Part shown: positions 40,016 through 49,940 of the stretch, in pieces
Position numbering within the stretch: the first letter of the stretch is position 1
Layout of the letters: the number at the start of each line of letters is the position of its first letter
Source of the DNA: Alphaproteobacteria bacterium
GTDB lineage: Bacteria > Pseudomonadota > Alphaproteobacteria > UBA8366
Assembly: GCA_049601975.1 (NCBI GenBank)
Contig: JBMYRC010000003.1
Coordinates: forward strand, 11,665-75,664
DNA: 64,000 nucleotides
Reading direction: 5' to 3'
Position numbers and translations under genes: made by a program
The notes under the pieces: generated by a model
Database searches by the model: none
What the model saw: only the letters and a program-made list of their open reading frames with translations
Told to the model about the DNA's origin: nothing

Positions 40016-40807
40016 ATGAGCGGTTGGACGATCAAGAAAAGCCACGGCATCACTTTCGCGGAAGCGGGATCGGGACCGGTGATGGTGATGTGCCACGGCG
40101 GGGCCGGTTCGCACACGCATTGGGCCCGCAACATCGATGCTCTGGCGGCGCATTTCACCGTCCGCGCTCTCGATCTGCCGGGCTACGGCGATTCCGATCC
40201 GACGAACAAGGATTTCACGGCGGAAGAATACGTCGCCGCCGCGGCACCGAAGGTCGACGGCCTGACCGCCGACGTCGAACGCTTCCACCTGGTGGGATTC
40301 TCCTTCGGCGGCGCGCTCTCGGCGGGCATCGCTGCGGCGCTTGGCGAGCGGGTCGAAAAACTCACTCTGGTCGCCCCCGGTGGGTTCGGCGATCCCAAGG
40401 GCCGCAAACTCGACATGCGCCGCTTGCCGAAAGGCGGCCTCGACGTGCCGGAAGTGCGCGAGACCGTGCGCCACAACCTGCTGCAAATGATGATCGCTGA
40501 CGAGAAGAACATCGACGACGAAACACTGGCCCTACAGCTCGCGAATTCCCGCCGCACCGGCTTCAACAGCGCTAAGCTCAGCCTCAGCGATTTGACGCCA
40601 GGCAATGTGAAGAAAGCGACTGCGGATATCCAACTAATATGGGGCGACGCGGACTTGCTCGCCTACCCAAGCCCACAAGCAAGAGCGGCGATCCTACAAG
40701 AAGTGAAGCCAGAAGTTCCGATGCATCTCGTGCCGGGCGGCGGCCATTGGGTCGCATATGAATGCGCGGAGGCATTGAATGCGTTGATTTTAGCGTTTCA
40801 CAAATAA
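40016..40807 (+). CDS. Alpha/beta hydrolase (MhpC-like)
   Basis: HGGAGS, DLPGYG, GFSFGG, IWGDAD, GGHW. Confidence 0.88.
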   Translation: MSGWTIKKSHGITFAEAGSGPVMVMCHGGAGSHTHWARNIDALAAHFTVRALDLPGYGDSDPTNKDFTAEEYVAAAAPKVDGLTADVERFHLVGFSFGGALSAGIAAALGERVEKLTLVAPGGFGDPKGRKLDMRRLPKGGLDVPEVRETVRHNLLQMMIADEKNIDDETLALQLANSRRTGFNSAKLSLSDLTPGNVKKATADIQLIWGDADLLAYPSPQARAAILQEVKPEVPMHLVPGGGHWVAYECAEALNALILAFHK

Positions 40808-40910
40808 AGACTATAATTAATAATTCAAATTTTATTTAATATAATTTTTTTATTGTTTTAATATTTTTATATCTATTATAAATATAATATTTTTATATTT
40901 GTATTTTACA

Positions 40911-41548
40911 TCAATAGTAACGATTCAAATATATATTTTTAATCTCGCACACTCTTTTAACGGCGGGTCGCTGGGACAGCTCACACATGAAGCGCAAAAG
41001 GTTTGCAAATGACGCGGTTGGTCGAGAGAGATTTTCGCTCCAAAGCGCCAACATGAAGAGGAAATAGTCACAAGCGCTGGTTTTGTCACCCAGCAAGAAT
41101 TTCTTTTTACCAAGTTCTTCGTCCAAGAGAGTGAGAATTCCCGTCGGGCGTTGATCCTGAGCAACCTTGATTCCTGCGATGTTCTTGGCGTCTGTCGTGT
41201 GGGTTTCGGAATACCTCCACAGCATGTACTCCGCCTGCAATGTGTTGTTGAGATATGCCAACCATTGGAAAAAAACGGGCGATTGGAGTCGCCGAGAGGC
41301 GGAATGAAGCGCGAGCTTGTATCCAACTCGCAAATATAAAAGCAGATGGCTGGGCTTTCGAACAGAACGAGGTCGTCGTGCACAAGAGTTGGAATGCGCC
41401 CTGACGGATTCAGCTTCAGATATCCTTCCAATTTTCGCGCGTTTGACGAGCGATCAACCAGCTTCAACGCATAATCAACTTGCATCTCGACCAACAAGAG
41501 ATGAGGCGCAAGGCTCGCGTTGTCGGGGTAATAATAGAGTTCGCGCAT
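40911..41548 (-). pseudogene. Glutathione S-transferase, frameshifted
   Basis: LYYYP..ASLAPH, LNPSGRIPTL, LFESPAI. The C-terminal half is in another frame after an A7 run at 41269-41275. Confidence 0.82.
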
Positions 41549-41653
41549 GATCGTGTTTCGCAAGTTCGGCGTGAGACTACCAGCGGTCACTTTATGACAC
41601 CACGAGGAATTCCAGATCGCCGTATACGGCGGCCGAAGGGTATATTCGTCGCT

Positions 41654-42112
41654 CTACAGCTTCGCGTAGAGCTCCTTAAACGATGCTCTCAGGCTCTCTT
41701 CCGTCTGGCCGGTCTCGTAGGCCGGGCTGATCAGCGGCGAGGCGGTCTCGAGGTCAATCAGAACGATGCCGTTGAACATGTCGAGGAGGCCAGGTTCACG
41801 GACCTTGGCAAATTCGGCGAGGCATCGGTCAAACTGCTCCGTGCCGCGCGCATGAAAGACGGCTGGGCCTTTGCAGCGGAATCCCTTGCGGGCCAGCACG
41901 TCGACGAAGTTCACCTCGACCATCGGATTGGCGGCGATGTTGTTCACCGTGGTCGGAGAGCGCATTTCGCCGAACATGATTTTATCGTCTCCCATGGCGA
42001 GGAAGGTCGCTTTGGGCGACAGGCTCGGCGAGCCGTCGGCGGAGATGCTGGCGACGTAGCCGAGCGAATGTTCCGCCAGGACTTTCTTCATATCGTCGGT
42101 GAGTTTGGCCAT
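41654..42112 (-). CDS. Pyridoxamine 5'-phosphate oxidase-like FMN-binding protein
   Basis: YVAS..DGSPSLSPK, SP.T..NI..NP, SPAY. Confidence 0.82.
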   Translation of the reverse strand: MAKLTDDMKKVLAEHSLGYVASISADGSPSLSPKATFLAMGDDKIMFGEMRSPTTVNNIAANPMVEVNFVDVLARKGFRCKGPAVFHARGTEQFDRCLAEFAKVREPGLLDMFNGIVLIDLETASPLISPAYETGQTEESLRASFKELYAKL

Positions 42113-42135
42113 TCTCAATACTCCTGTCTCACAAT

Positions 42136-42225
42136 CGTTTCCCAGAGCGGAGTAGCCGCATCCGGGATCCAGTTCGGTACCAATTTATCCCGCGATCTGG
42201 GCCCCGGCTCTGCGGCTGGGGAACG
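42136..42225. repeat. Degenerate palindromic intergenic element
   Basis: Terminal CGTTTCCCAG / CTGGGGAACG with inner CCGGGATCCAG / CTGGGCCCCGG arms. Confidence 0.4.
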
Positions 42226-42242
42226 TAGAATTTGATATCGTT

Positions 42243-43235
42243 CTAGTCCGACCTGCCCATCTGCTCGGCGATCCGGAAGGCCGCGGTCATCGCGCCTGGA
42301 TTGGCGATGCCCTTGCCCGCGATGTCGAAGGCCGAACCTTGCGCTGGTGTTGAGATCGGCACCGGCAGCCCGCCGAGGACGGTGACACCGTGTTCGAAAT
42401 CCATCAGTTTCATCGCGATCTGACCTTGGTCGTGATACATGGTCACGATGGCATCGAAGCTCTCCTTCTTCGCCGAGAGAAACATGGTATCCGGCGAGAA
42501 CGGGCCTTCTGCGTTGAAACCGCGCTCTTTGGCCAACTCGACCGCTGGGCCGATGACGTCGAGCTCTTCGCGCCCGAACGAACCGTTGTCGCCCGCATGC
42601 GGGTTGAGGCCCGCTACCATGATCTTTGGGTTCTCCATACCGGCAGTCCGTAACACCCCGTCGATTAGCGACACCGCGTCGATGATGCCGTCGACGGTAA
42701 TCAAGTCCGCGACATCGCGGAGTGGCACGTGGGAGGTGACGCGGGATGTCCACAGTCCCTCAATCACGTTCAGTTCCGCCGTATGGCCCGTGTACTCAAG
42801 CTGTGCCGTCAGCCACTGGCCTTCGTCCGGGTAGCTCATTCCGCCGATCTTGAGGGTGTGCTTGTTCAAAGGCGCGAAACAGATGCTGTCGATCTGCCCC
42901 TCCTTGTGGAGTGCCAGCAGCGTCTCGAAACAATCGAGCATGTAGCGCCCGCCTTCCAGCTTCGATTCCCCGAGGGGATAACTCTCCGCCCCAGCCAGAG
43001 ATTGCGGCAGGAGCGATACTTTTCCGGCCTCTAGATTGACGTCATTGGCGCCCGTCAAAGTTTCGATACCTAGATCCGTGCCGGCAGCGGATTGCCCCCG
43101 CGCTAAATGGGTCGGATCGCCGACCACGACCACGCCGGTCTCCGCCGACATCACATCATTTGACAGTACCCGCGCCGCCAATTCCGCGCCGATCCCCGCC
43201 GGGTCGCCCATCATCATGCCGATACGCGTGGCCAT
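42243..43235 (-). CDS. pdxA: 4-hydroxythreonine-4-phosphate dehydrogenase family (PdxA/PdxA2)
   Basis: GDPAGIG, TSHVPL, GLNPHAG, MYHDQGQI. Confidence 0.85.
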   Translation of the reverse strand: MATRIGMMMGDPAGIGAELAARVLSNDVMSAETGVVVVGDPTHLARGQSAAGTDLGIETLTGANDVNLEAGKVSLLPQSLAGAESYPLGESKLEGGRYMLDCFETLLALHKEGQIDSICFAPLNKHTLKIGGMSYPDEGQWLTAQLEYTGHTAELNVIEGLWTSRVTSHVPLRDVADLITVDGIIDAVSLIDGVLRTAGMENPKIMVAGLNPHAGDNGSFGREELDVIGPAVELAKERGFNAEGPFSPDTMFLSAKKESFDAIVTMYHDQGQIAMKLMDFEHGVTVLGGLPVPISTPAQGSAFDIAGKGIANPGAMTAAFRIAEQMGRSD

Positions 43236-43318
43236 GTTCTCTCCCCTGGATGAATTCTCGTTCTTGCCAGCCACCTTAATTTCGTGAGAGGGCTAACGAA
43301 ACGGTTTTCTGGGAGAAG

Positions 43319-44503
43319 ATGACAATGGCGACCAATTGGGATGCCCATATAGACGGATTTTTACCCGAGGACGGATGTGCTGGAACCCTGGTCGGGCGAG
43401 TCTGGCGGCCCGATGTCGAAGGCCCGTCGGTGGTCTCTGTCCGCAAGGACGGCGTCGTCGATATCACAGCAGCAGCACCCACCATGTCGGCACTCACCAA
43501 CGCGGACGACCCGGTGGCGCTTGCCGGGAGCGACGGTGAAAGGTTCGGCGATTGGCGCGCGATCGCGGCAAACAGCGTCGCGGAGAGCCGCGACACGACC
43601 AAACCATGGTTCATCTCCCCCGCTGATCTGCACGCTCACAAGGCCTGTGGCGTCACCTTTGTGCGCAGCCTGTTGGAGCGGGTCATTGACGAGCGCACAT
43701 CGGGCGACCCAGCGCTAGCGGACGAAGTTCGCAAAGAATTGCTCGACAGTATCGGGATCGACCTCTCGGACGTAATCCCCGGATCTGACGAAGCGGAGAC
43801 CGTGAAGAGCGCGCTCCTCGAGCGTGACATGTGGTCGCAATATTTAGAGGTCGGAATCGGCCCCTATGCGGAGGTGTTCTCGAAAGCGCAACCGATGTCC
43901 TCGGTAGGATTCGGTGCGGAGATCGGCATTCACCCGATGTCGACGTGGAATAATCCAGAACCGGAAGTCGTGTTGGTCGGCAATGCCGCTGGACAAATCA
44001 TCGGCGCGGCGCTTGGCAACGATGTGAACCTGCGGGATGTGGAAGGTCGCTCGGCTCTGCTGCTTGGCCGGGCCAAGGACAATAACGGCTCCTGCGCCAT
44101 CGGGCCTATCGTTCGGTTGCTCGACGATACGTACACCCTCGATGATATCCGCAGCGCCTATGTCTCGTTGACGGTCGCGGGCACGGACAATTTCCGACTT
44201 GAGGACGGCAGCTCAATGACAGAGATCAGCCGCGACATCGAGGACCTAATGGGCCAAACGCTCAGCGTCAATCACCAATACCCAGACGGCGTGATGCTGT
44301 TCACCGGCACCATGTTTACTCCGAACCAAGACCGCGACCGGCCTGGCGGCGGCTTCACCCACCACGCCGGCGACACCGTGGTCATGCAATCCCCGAAACT
44401 CGGCACGCTGGCAAACACGGTCGATAGAACAGACGCCATTCCGGCATGGGAGTTCGGATCGACGGCGCTGTTCCGGAATCTGGCGAAGCGGGGCGTATTT
44501 TAG
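43319..44503 (+). CDS. Fumarylacetoacetate hydrolase family (XylX-like 2-keto-3-deoxy sugar-acid dehydratase)
   Basis: KACGVTF, WSQYLEVGIGP, WNNPEPE, GNDVNLRD, QYPDG. Confidence 0.85.
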   Translation: MTMATNWDAHIDGFLPEDGCAGTLVGRVWRPDVEGPSVVSVRKDGVVDITAAAPTMSALTNADDPVALAGSDGERFGDWRAIAANSVAESRDTTKPWFISPADLHAHKACGVTFVRSLLERVIDERTSGDPALADEVRKELLDSIGIDLSDVIPGSDEAETVKSALLERDMWSQYLEVGIGPYAEVFSKAQPMSSVGFGAEIGIHPMSTWNNPEPEVVLVGNAAGQIIGAALGNDVNLRDVEGRSALLLGRAKDNNGSCAIGPIVRLLDDTYTLDDIRSAYVSLTVAGTDNFRLEDGSSMTEISRDIEDLMGQTLSVNHQYPDGVMLFTGTMFTPNQDRDRPGGGFTHHAGDTVVMQSPKLGTLANTVDRTDAIPAWEFGSTALFRNLAKRGVF

Positions 44504-44505
44504 AC

Positions 44506-45228
44506 TCAGGCCGCCGTCCAACCGCCATCGATGGTTACGACAGAGCCGGTGTTAAAGCTGGCTTCGTCCGACAGCAGGTAGACAACACCGTTGGCGATCT
44601 CTTCCGCCTTGCCGAAGCGGTGCATCGCATGGCGATTGCGGGAATACTCGCGTGCCTCGTCCGGGTTTTCGGCGCGAGCCATGCTGCCGTTGAGCATCGG
44701 CGTGTCGATGGCGCCCGGCGCCACCGCGTTGATGCGGATATTGTCCGGCGCCAGTTCGAACCCCGCCGTCTTCACCAAGCTGACAATGGCACCTTTGGAG
44801 GCAATGTATGACGCGTTAAAGCGCCCGCCGCCAAACGCCAATTGCGAGGCGACCATGACGACGGAACCGCCACCGCCCGCCCGCATGGCCGGTAGTGCGC
44901 CAACCAGCCAGCGCCAGCTCGCCTTCACGTTAACCGCAAAGATTTGGTCCCACTCCTCCGGATCGATGGCGTCGATGGCCACACCGGAGCGGCTGATCCC
45001 GGCAATGGTACCGAGACCATGTATCTCCCCTGCCTGAGTTACCGCACGCGCGATCGTTTCTTCCGACGTGACGTCGCCCACAATCGGCTCAACCCCATTC
45101 GGCATATTAGCGTCGTTCAAATCAACGCCGATCACCCGCGCCCCTTCCGATAAAGCCTTCCGCGCGCTCGCCTGGCCGATGCCAGAGGCCGCGCCGGTGA
45201 TGATGATCGTCTTGCCCTCAAGGCGCAT
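44506..45228 (-). CDS. SDR family oxidoreductase
   Basis: TGAASGIG, YIASK, IRINAVAPG, IDGG. Confidence 0.92.
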   Translation of the reverse strand: MRLEGKTIIITGAASGIGQASARKALSEGARVIGVDLNDANMPNGVEPIVGDVTSEETIARAVTQAGEIHGLGTIAGISRSGVAIDAIDPEEWDQIFAVNVKASWRWLVGALPAMRAGGGGSVVMVASQLAFGGGRFNASYIASKGAIVSLVKTAGFELAPDNIRINAVAPGAIDTPMLNGSMARAENPDEAREYSRNRHAMHRFGKAEEIANGVVYLLSDEASFNTGSVVTIDGGWTAA

Positions 45229-45230
45229 TG

Positions 45231-46352
45231 CTAGTCCTCCCACTTCCACCAGAGCTTGATATGCTCATAGATTCGGATGTTCACGTCGCCGCGCATGCCG
45301 GGCGTGATATTCTCCGGCGGATTCTCGATGGAAATTCGAACTGGGACGCGCTCGATGTTGCCGCCGAGGGTTCGCCCATTGGAATAGGCACTGCTGGCAA
45401 CCGGCCCGCGGGTCGTGACGCTGCCGATATGCCGGACCTGACCGTAGAAATCGCTGAAGGGATAGGCGTCCAAGTCGATTAGCACTTCCTGGCCGACCCG
45501 CACGTGGCGGATCTGACTTTCGTCCACATATGCTTCGACCCAATAGAGTTTCGGATCGTGCAGCATAAGTATATTAATGCCATCTTCTACGTATTCACCT
45601 TTATGTTTATGTATTTCCCCAACCAGCCCATCAATTGGGCTTTGTATTTGCCGATGTTTAATAAATAATTTCTGCTTATTTATTTTATCTAATATTCTAT
45701 CTTCTTTAACTTTGGATATTTTTATATTGTTACCGATAATATCCAGCTGGCGGCCAGTTGCTTTAAACTGATCATATTCCCGCTTCGCGACCAAAATGTT
45801 GCTACCGAGCGAGGAGACGCTACCCGCCAGCACCAGGGTCTTGTCTTGCTGGGCATTCAAATCGGATTCCGGCTTCAAGCGTTTGCTGACGAGAACCTTC
45901 ACACGGGCCAGATCTTTCTTGGCTATTTTCAGGCGGTCCTTTGCGGATTTCAGATCGACTTCCAGCGCTCGAATTTTTTGGCGTTGCGTCGCGAGCTTGG
46001 ACTTCAACTCTTCCTCGAAGGCCTCGCGTTCGGTTACCAGTCTGGCCCTGTTCCCTTTTTCCAATTCCAAATCGGTCATCAGAGAATTGATATTCAGCTT
46101 AATGGCTTCATGTTCGAGCGTGACAATCACTTGCCCGCGTGAGACCGCACTGCCTTCGCCGACGTGTATCTTTTCGATCTTACCGTCGACCCGCGACGAT
46201 ATATCGGTAAAATCAGTCTGCACCCGCACATCACTCTCATAGACGTGCGTGAACCAATAGAATACTTCATAGACCAGCAATAGCAGTGCTCCAACCAGCG
46301 CTACGCCAATCAGAGTTTTAATCTTCGCTTTTATGTCCGTTTCCGAAACCAT
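45231..46352 (-). CDS. HlyD/EmrA-family membrane fusion protein
   Basis: N-terminal TM, lipoyl-like ISSRVDGKI/SPIDG halves, coiled coil, LDAYP, RVPVRI, PGM. Confidence 0.85.
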   Translation of the reverse strand: MVSETDIKAKIKTLIGVALVGALLLLVYEVFYWFTHVYESDVRVQTDFTDISSRVDGKIEKIHVGEGSAVSRGQVIVTLEHEAIKLNINSLMTDLELEKGNRARLVTEREAFEEELKSKLATQRQKIRALEVDLKSAKDRLKIAKKDLARVKVLVSKRLKPESDLNAQQDKTLVLAGSVSSLGSNILVAKREYDQFKATGRQLDIIGNNIKISKVKEDRILDKINKQKLFIKHRQIQSPIDGLVGEIHKHKGEYVEDGINILMLHDPKLYWVEAYVDESQIRHVRVGQEVLIDLDAYPFSDFYGQVRHIGSVTTRGPVASSAYSNGRTLGGNIERVPVRISIENPPENITPGMRGDVNIRIYEHIKLWWKWED

Positions 46353-46451
46353 ATGGCCCCTGTTTATCATGGCCGCCGCAATACGCCACGCACTGCACGG
46401 TATATGGCGCGCGGCGATGCGTCGACCATCTCTCGCGCGATGGTGTAGCGG

Positions 46452-47705
46452 ATGAGCAGCGAAGGCGTTGAGATCACCAGAAATCAAAGCATCCGTGCGT
46501 TATTACACAACCCGAACTATCTCTGCATTTGGACCATGGGCGGTCTTACCGGGTTCATCCGCTGGTTCCAGTTGCTCGCCCTCGGCGTCTACACGTTCGA
46601 AGTCACGCGCTCACCATTCCTGGTTTCTCTAGTTCCGGTGCTATGGGGCCTGCCGCTGACGTTCTGCGGTCCAATCGTCGGCGGCATCGCGGACCGTGTG
46701 AATCGAAAATTCCTGCTGGCGGGAACCATCTCGAGCATTCTTGTTGTCGCCTGCGTCATGGCGGTACTCGCCTATAGCGGCGAATTGACCTTCACCCATA
46801 TTGCCGTCGCGTCCTTGTTGAGCGGTCTGTTCTGGGCGACCGACATGCCCTTGCGCCGCCGGCTTCTTGGCGATGCCGCGGGAGAGCATCTATCGGCGGC
46901 GATGAGCCTCGATTCCGCGACCAACAGCGCCACTCGAATGTTTGGTCCGCTCATGGGCGGGATCATGCTGCAAGTGGTGGGCATCACTGGCGTCTATGTC
47001 CTCAGCGCGGTCGTCTACGCGACAGCTCTATTGCTCATCCTCGCAGTTAATCTTCCGGAATTCGTCAAACGTACGGTCTCCCCATCCCTCATCCGCGACC
47101 TCGCCGCCGGGGTTCGCTTCGCGCTCAGTAATTGGGAACTGCGTCGCGTCCTCGCCGTCACCATGATCTTTAATATCTTTGGGTTTCCATTCACGGCGAT
47201 GATCCCAATCCTCGGCCGCGAACAGCTGGGACTGCAACCTTTCCTCGTCGGGTTTCTCTCTAGCCTCGAAGGGTTCGGCGCGTTCGTCGGCGCCATGGTC
47301 GTGGCCATGGTCGCAAAGCCGGAATACTACGCGCGCATTTTCATCGTCGGATCCCTGCTATACATGGCGATGATCCTCTACCTGAGCGCCCTCGCCTATG
47401 TCTCCGGCGGGCCCTATCACTCCTTTTTCGCCGCCGCATTGACGCTCTCTATTATCGGAATCGCGGGCGCTGGGTTCGCGGCGATGCAAAGCACGCTCAC
47501 CTATCTGAACTCCGGTCCCGAATACCGCAGCCGAGTACTCGGCGTGTTGGCGCTCTGTATCGGCACTGGCCCACTCGGGTTTTTGAATGTCGGCTGGATG
47601 GCGGAGAATTACGGTCTACCGGCCGCCATGTCCGTGATGGCGCTCGAAGGATTGTTCGCGATGTTGGTGCTTTGGGTCTACGGCGTTCTCAATAGATCCG
47701 ATTGA
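46452..47705 (+). CDS. MFS transporter
   Basis: GGIADRVNRK motif A; about 12 TM segments; RSRVLG. Confidence 0.88.
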   Translation: MSSEGVEITRNQSIRALLHNPNYLCIWTMGGLTGFIRWFQLLALGVYTFEVTRSPFLVSLVPVLWGLPLTFCGPIVGGIADRVNRKFLLAGTISSILVVACVMAVLAYSGELTFTHIAVASLLSGLFWATDMPLRRRLLGDAAGEHLSAAMSLDSATNSATRMFGPLMGGIMLQVVGITGVYVLSAVVYATALLLILAVNLPEFVKRTVSPSLIRDLAAGVRFALSNWELRRVLAVTMIFNIFGFPFTAMIPILGREQLGLQPFLVGFLSSLEGFGAFVGAMVVAMVAKPEYYARIFIVGSLLYMAMILYLSALAYVSGGPYHSFFAAALTLSIIGIAGAGFAAMQSTLTYLNSGPEYRSRVLGVLALCIGTGPLGFLNVGWMAENYGLPAAMSVMALEGLFAMLVLWVYGVLNRSD

Positions 47706-47707
47706 GA

Positions 47708-48181
47708 TTATTTTGGGGGCACAAAAGCACCTTCCTTGAATTTTCCCATGACCCGAGTGTTGTCCGGCAACATCTGAACACCCCATCCATCCGGATAGCC
47801 GTTCTTAAAGTCGCCCTCGTACATCTCATTGTCGGGGTACTTGATAAACCCTTTTCCTTCAATAACGCTCGCCTTGAATTCGCCCACATAGGTGACGCCA
47901 TCCGACCAACGAAAAATCCCCATGCCTTCCGCTTTGCCGTCAACCAACGAACACTCGCAGAGGTCTGGCGGACGTTGATAAGAAAACCACTCGGCGACAC
48001 CGTCCCCATGCGCTTTCCCGTCCTTACACTCGCCACGCCAACGAACCTTTTGATCCTCGTCCGGCTCTGGATTCCACAACATGCAATCCGTATTCTCCGC
48101 CTTGAACCAAGCACCTGCGTTTGCGGATCCAGCCAGTCCGACAAAGATTACCGCCGCCAGTAAAAACATTAGAATTTTCAT
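47708..48181 (-). CDS. Secreted MORN-repeat protein
   Basis: Signal peptide; W.GEC.DGKAHG.G and YxGxFxxGxxxGxG repeats. Confidence 0.8.
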   Translation of the reverse strand: MKILMFLLAAVIFVGLAGSANAGAWFKAENTDCMLWNPEPDEDQKVRWRGECKDGKAHGDGVAEWFSYQRPPDLCECSLVDGKAEGMGIFRWSDGVTYVGEFKASVIEGKGFIKYPDNEMYEGDFKNGYPDGWGVQMLPDNTRVMGKFKEGAFVPPK

Positions 48182-48394
48182 ACCAACAACATTAAAACAC
48201 GATGCTTCACACCGAAAGTCACAAATACGTTGAAATGTGACCACTGTCACAGAAGCGTTGTAATAATGGCGTATACTAATAATGAATACTAAAGTATTGC
48301 ACAACTAACGATGCAAATGTATTTCATATAAATACGGTTATTTGAAATTAGTTGAATTAATTTCTTAATATAATCAAATCAATTGGAAATAAAA

Positions 48395-48550
48395 ATGATA
48401 TTAAAAATGCGCTATTCAGCAAAATCGATCATCGCCGTCATCGGTTTCACGATTCTCGTGAGTGCCTTTCAGGGATATTATAATCCGCGCTTGCATGTTG
48501 ACGAAACTCCGGCGAAACCCGGTCACGTGAAGAAAAAATATTATCACTAG
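48395..48550 (+). CDS. Possible small membrane protein (51 aa)
   Basis: MILKMRYSAKSIIAVIGFTILVSAFQGYY...YYH*, one hydrophobic helix; below the ORF-track cutoff. Confidence 0.3.
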   Translation: MILKMRYSAKSIIAVIGFTILVSAFQGYYNPRLHVDETPAKPGHVKKKYYH

Positions 48551-48680
48551 CCCGCAAGTCGCCCGCCATTAGGCCTGGCGCTTCTTCCCTCTAACTAACA
48601 TTCATTTACGATCCGGTAGTGCAAGTACGCGCGGATCAAAATAGTATCTGCGCGAAACGCAGTTCATTGATCGCAAAAGC

Positions 48681-49934
48681 ATGCAGCAATCCACGGGCAT
48701 CCGAGTCCCCGGATGGACGAAATTCGCCGCCATTTTTCTTGGTGCAAGCGTCCCCGCCGTCTTTCTAGGCAAAGCGATCATTGCCGGAGTTTCCGTAATT
48801 CCCGCTGTGGTCGCTCTGATCGGCTTGGTTCAATATCGTGATCGCGGCTTTGATTTCAGAAGAATTTTTAAATCTCCGTTTGTAATGGCGATCGGCGTGG
48901 TCACCTTGTCTTGGCTGGTCAGCAGCGTGATTTCCATCGACACGGCCAAGTCCCTTACGACATGGCTCCGGACGCTTGGAATTCTGGGACTTGGCTGGCT
49001 CTTCGTGGACTTTCTCGCGCGCCGCCCGGAAGTACTAAAACTAGCACTGCGGAGCCTCATTGTCGTCAGCTTATTCATCCATTCTATCGCGGCGTTCGCG
49101 CTCTACATCCACCCCGCACCATTCGAACTCTATGCGCTAGTAAAAGGCGGCGGGCCTATTTTGGTGCAGATGCTCAAACCCTACGCCTCGGTTACCGTCT
49201 GCCTGATTCCGATTCTTGTCTGGTCCGGGTGGCGGTTAGGCTCTATTTGGAAGATGCTGACCATATTGACCCTCTGTCTGGCGGCATTCACTCTTTACGC
49301 GAAAGCGATTCAACCTGGCACCTCAGCAATATTTGGATTGATTGGTTCGGGTATATTGCTTTTGATCGTCGGGGGCGTTCAAAAACTCAGGCGGTTTTGG
49401 GCATGGTTGTGCATCGCTGCCCTCGTTTTAGGTCTGTTGGTTTTGGCGGAATTCGTCATTGGGCGTTTACCGGTCCCACCCTTCAATGAATATATGCAAC
49501 CCAAGCTCTCAATCCCCGACTGGCATCGCCAAGTCATCTGGGGATTCACGCTGGAAATCATCAAGGAATCCCCATTCTTCGGGGTGGGTCCGAATGCTGT
49601 TAACTTGGTCGAAGGGGCCGATACCGTCATTCCGTTTTTTAATCAGGAATACATCCCTTCCCACCCCCATAATTGGTTTTTTGAGATTACTGCGGAGACC
49701 GGCATTATCGGAATGCTCACCTTCCTCGTCAGCCTCGTTCTATCGCTCAGAGCGCTGGCTTTGTGTGCCTACCGGGGGTTTGGTTCAGCCTGGGCGGCAA
49801 TCATGTTGTTCGGGGTATTCTTGATCAGCTCACTCGGTAATTTTTCGATTTGGTCAACCTGGTGGCTGACCGTATTCGCGATATTGATGAGCTTCCCGCT
49901 AGCCGCATTGAAATTGGATCAACGGCCCGACTGA
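48681..49934 (+). CDS. O-antigen ligase (Wzy_C) family protein
   Basis: Multi-TM; R..IW, PFFGVG, HPHN...AETGIIG. Confidence 0.85.
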   Translation: MQQSTGIRVPGWTKFAAIFLGASVPAVFLGKAIIAGVSVIPAVVALIGLVQYRDRGFDFRRIFKSPFVMAIGVVTLSWLVSSVISIDTAKSLTTWLRTLGILGLGWLFVDFLARRPEVLKLALRSLIVVSLFIHSIAAFALYIHPAPFELYALVKGGGPILVQMLKPYASVTVCLIPILVWSGWRLGSIWKMLTILTLCLAAFTLYAKAIQPGTSAIFGLIGSGILLLIVGGVQKLRRFWAWLCIAALVLGLLVLAEFVIGRLPVPPFNEYMQPKLSIPDWHRQVIWGFTLEIIKESPFFGVGPNAVNLVEGADTVIPFFNQEYIPSHPHNWFFEITAETGIIGMLTFLVSLVLSLRALALCAYRGFGSAWAAIMLFGVFLISSLGNFSIWSTWWLTVFAILMSFPLAALKLDQRPD

Positions 49935-49940
49935 CGGCAA

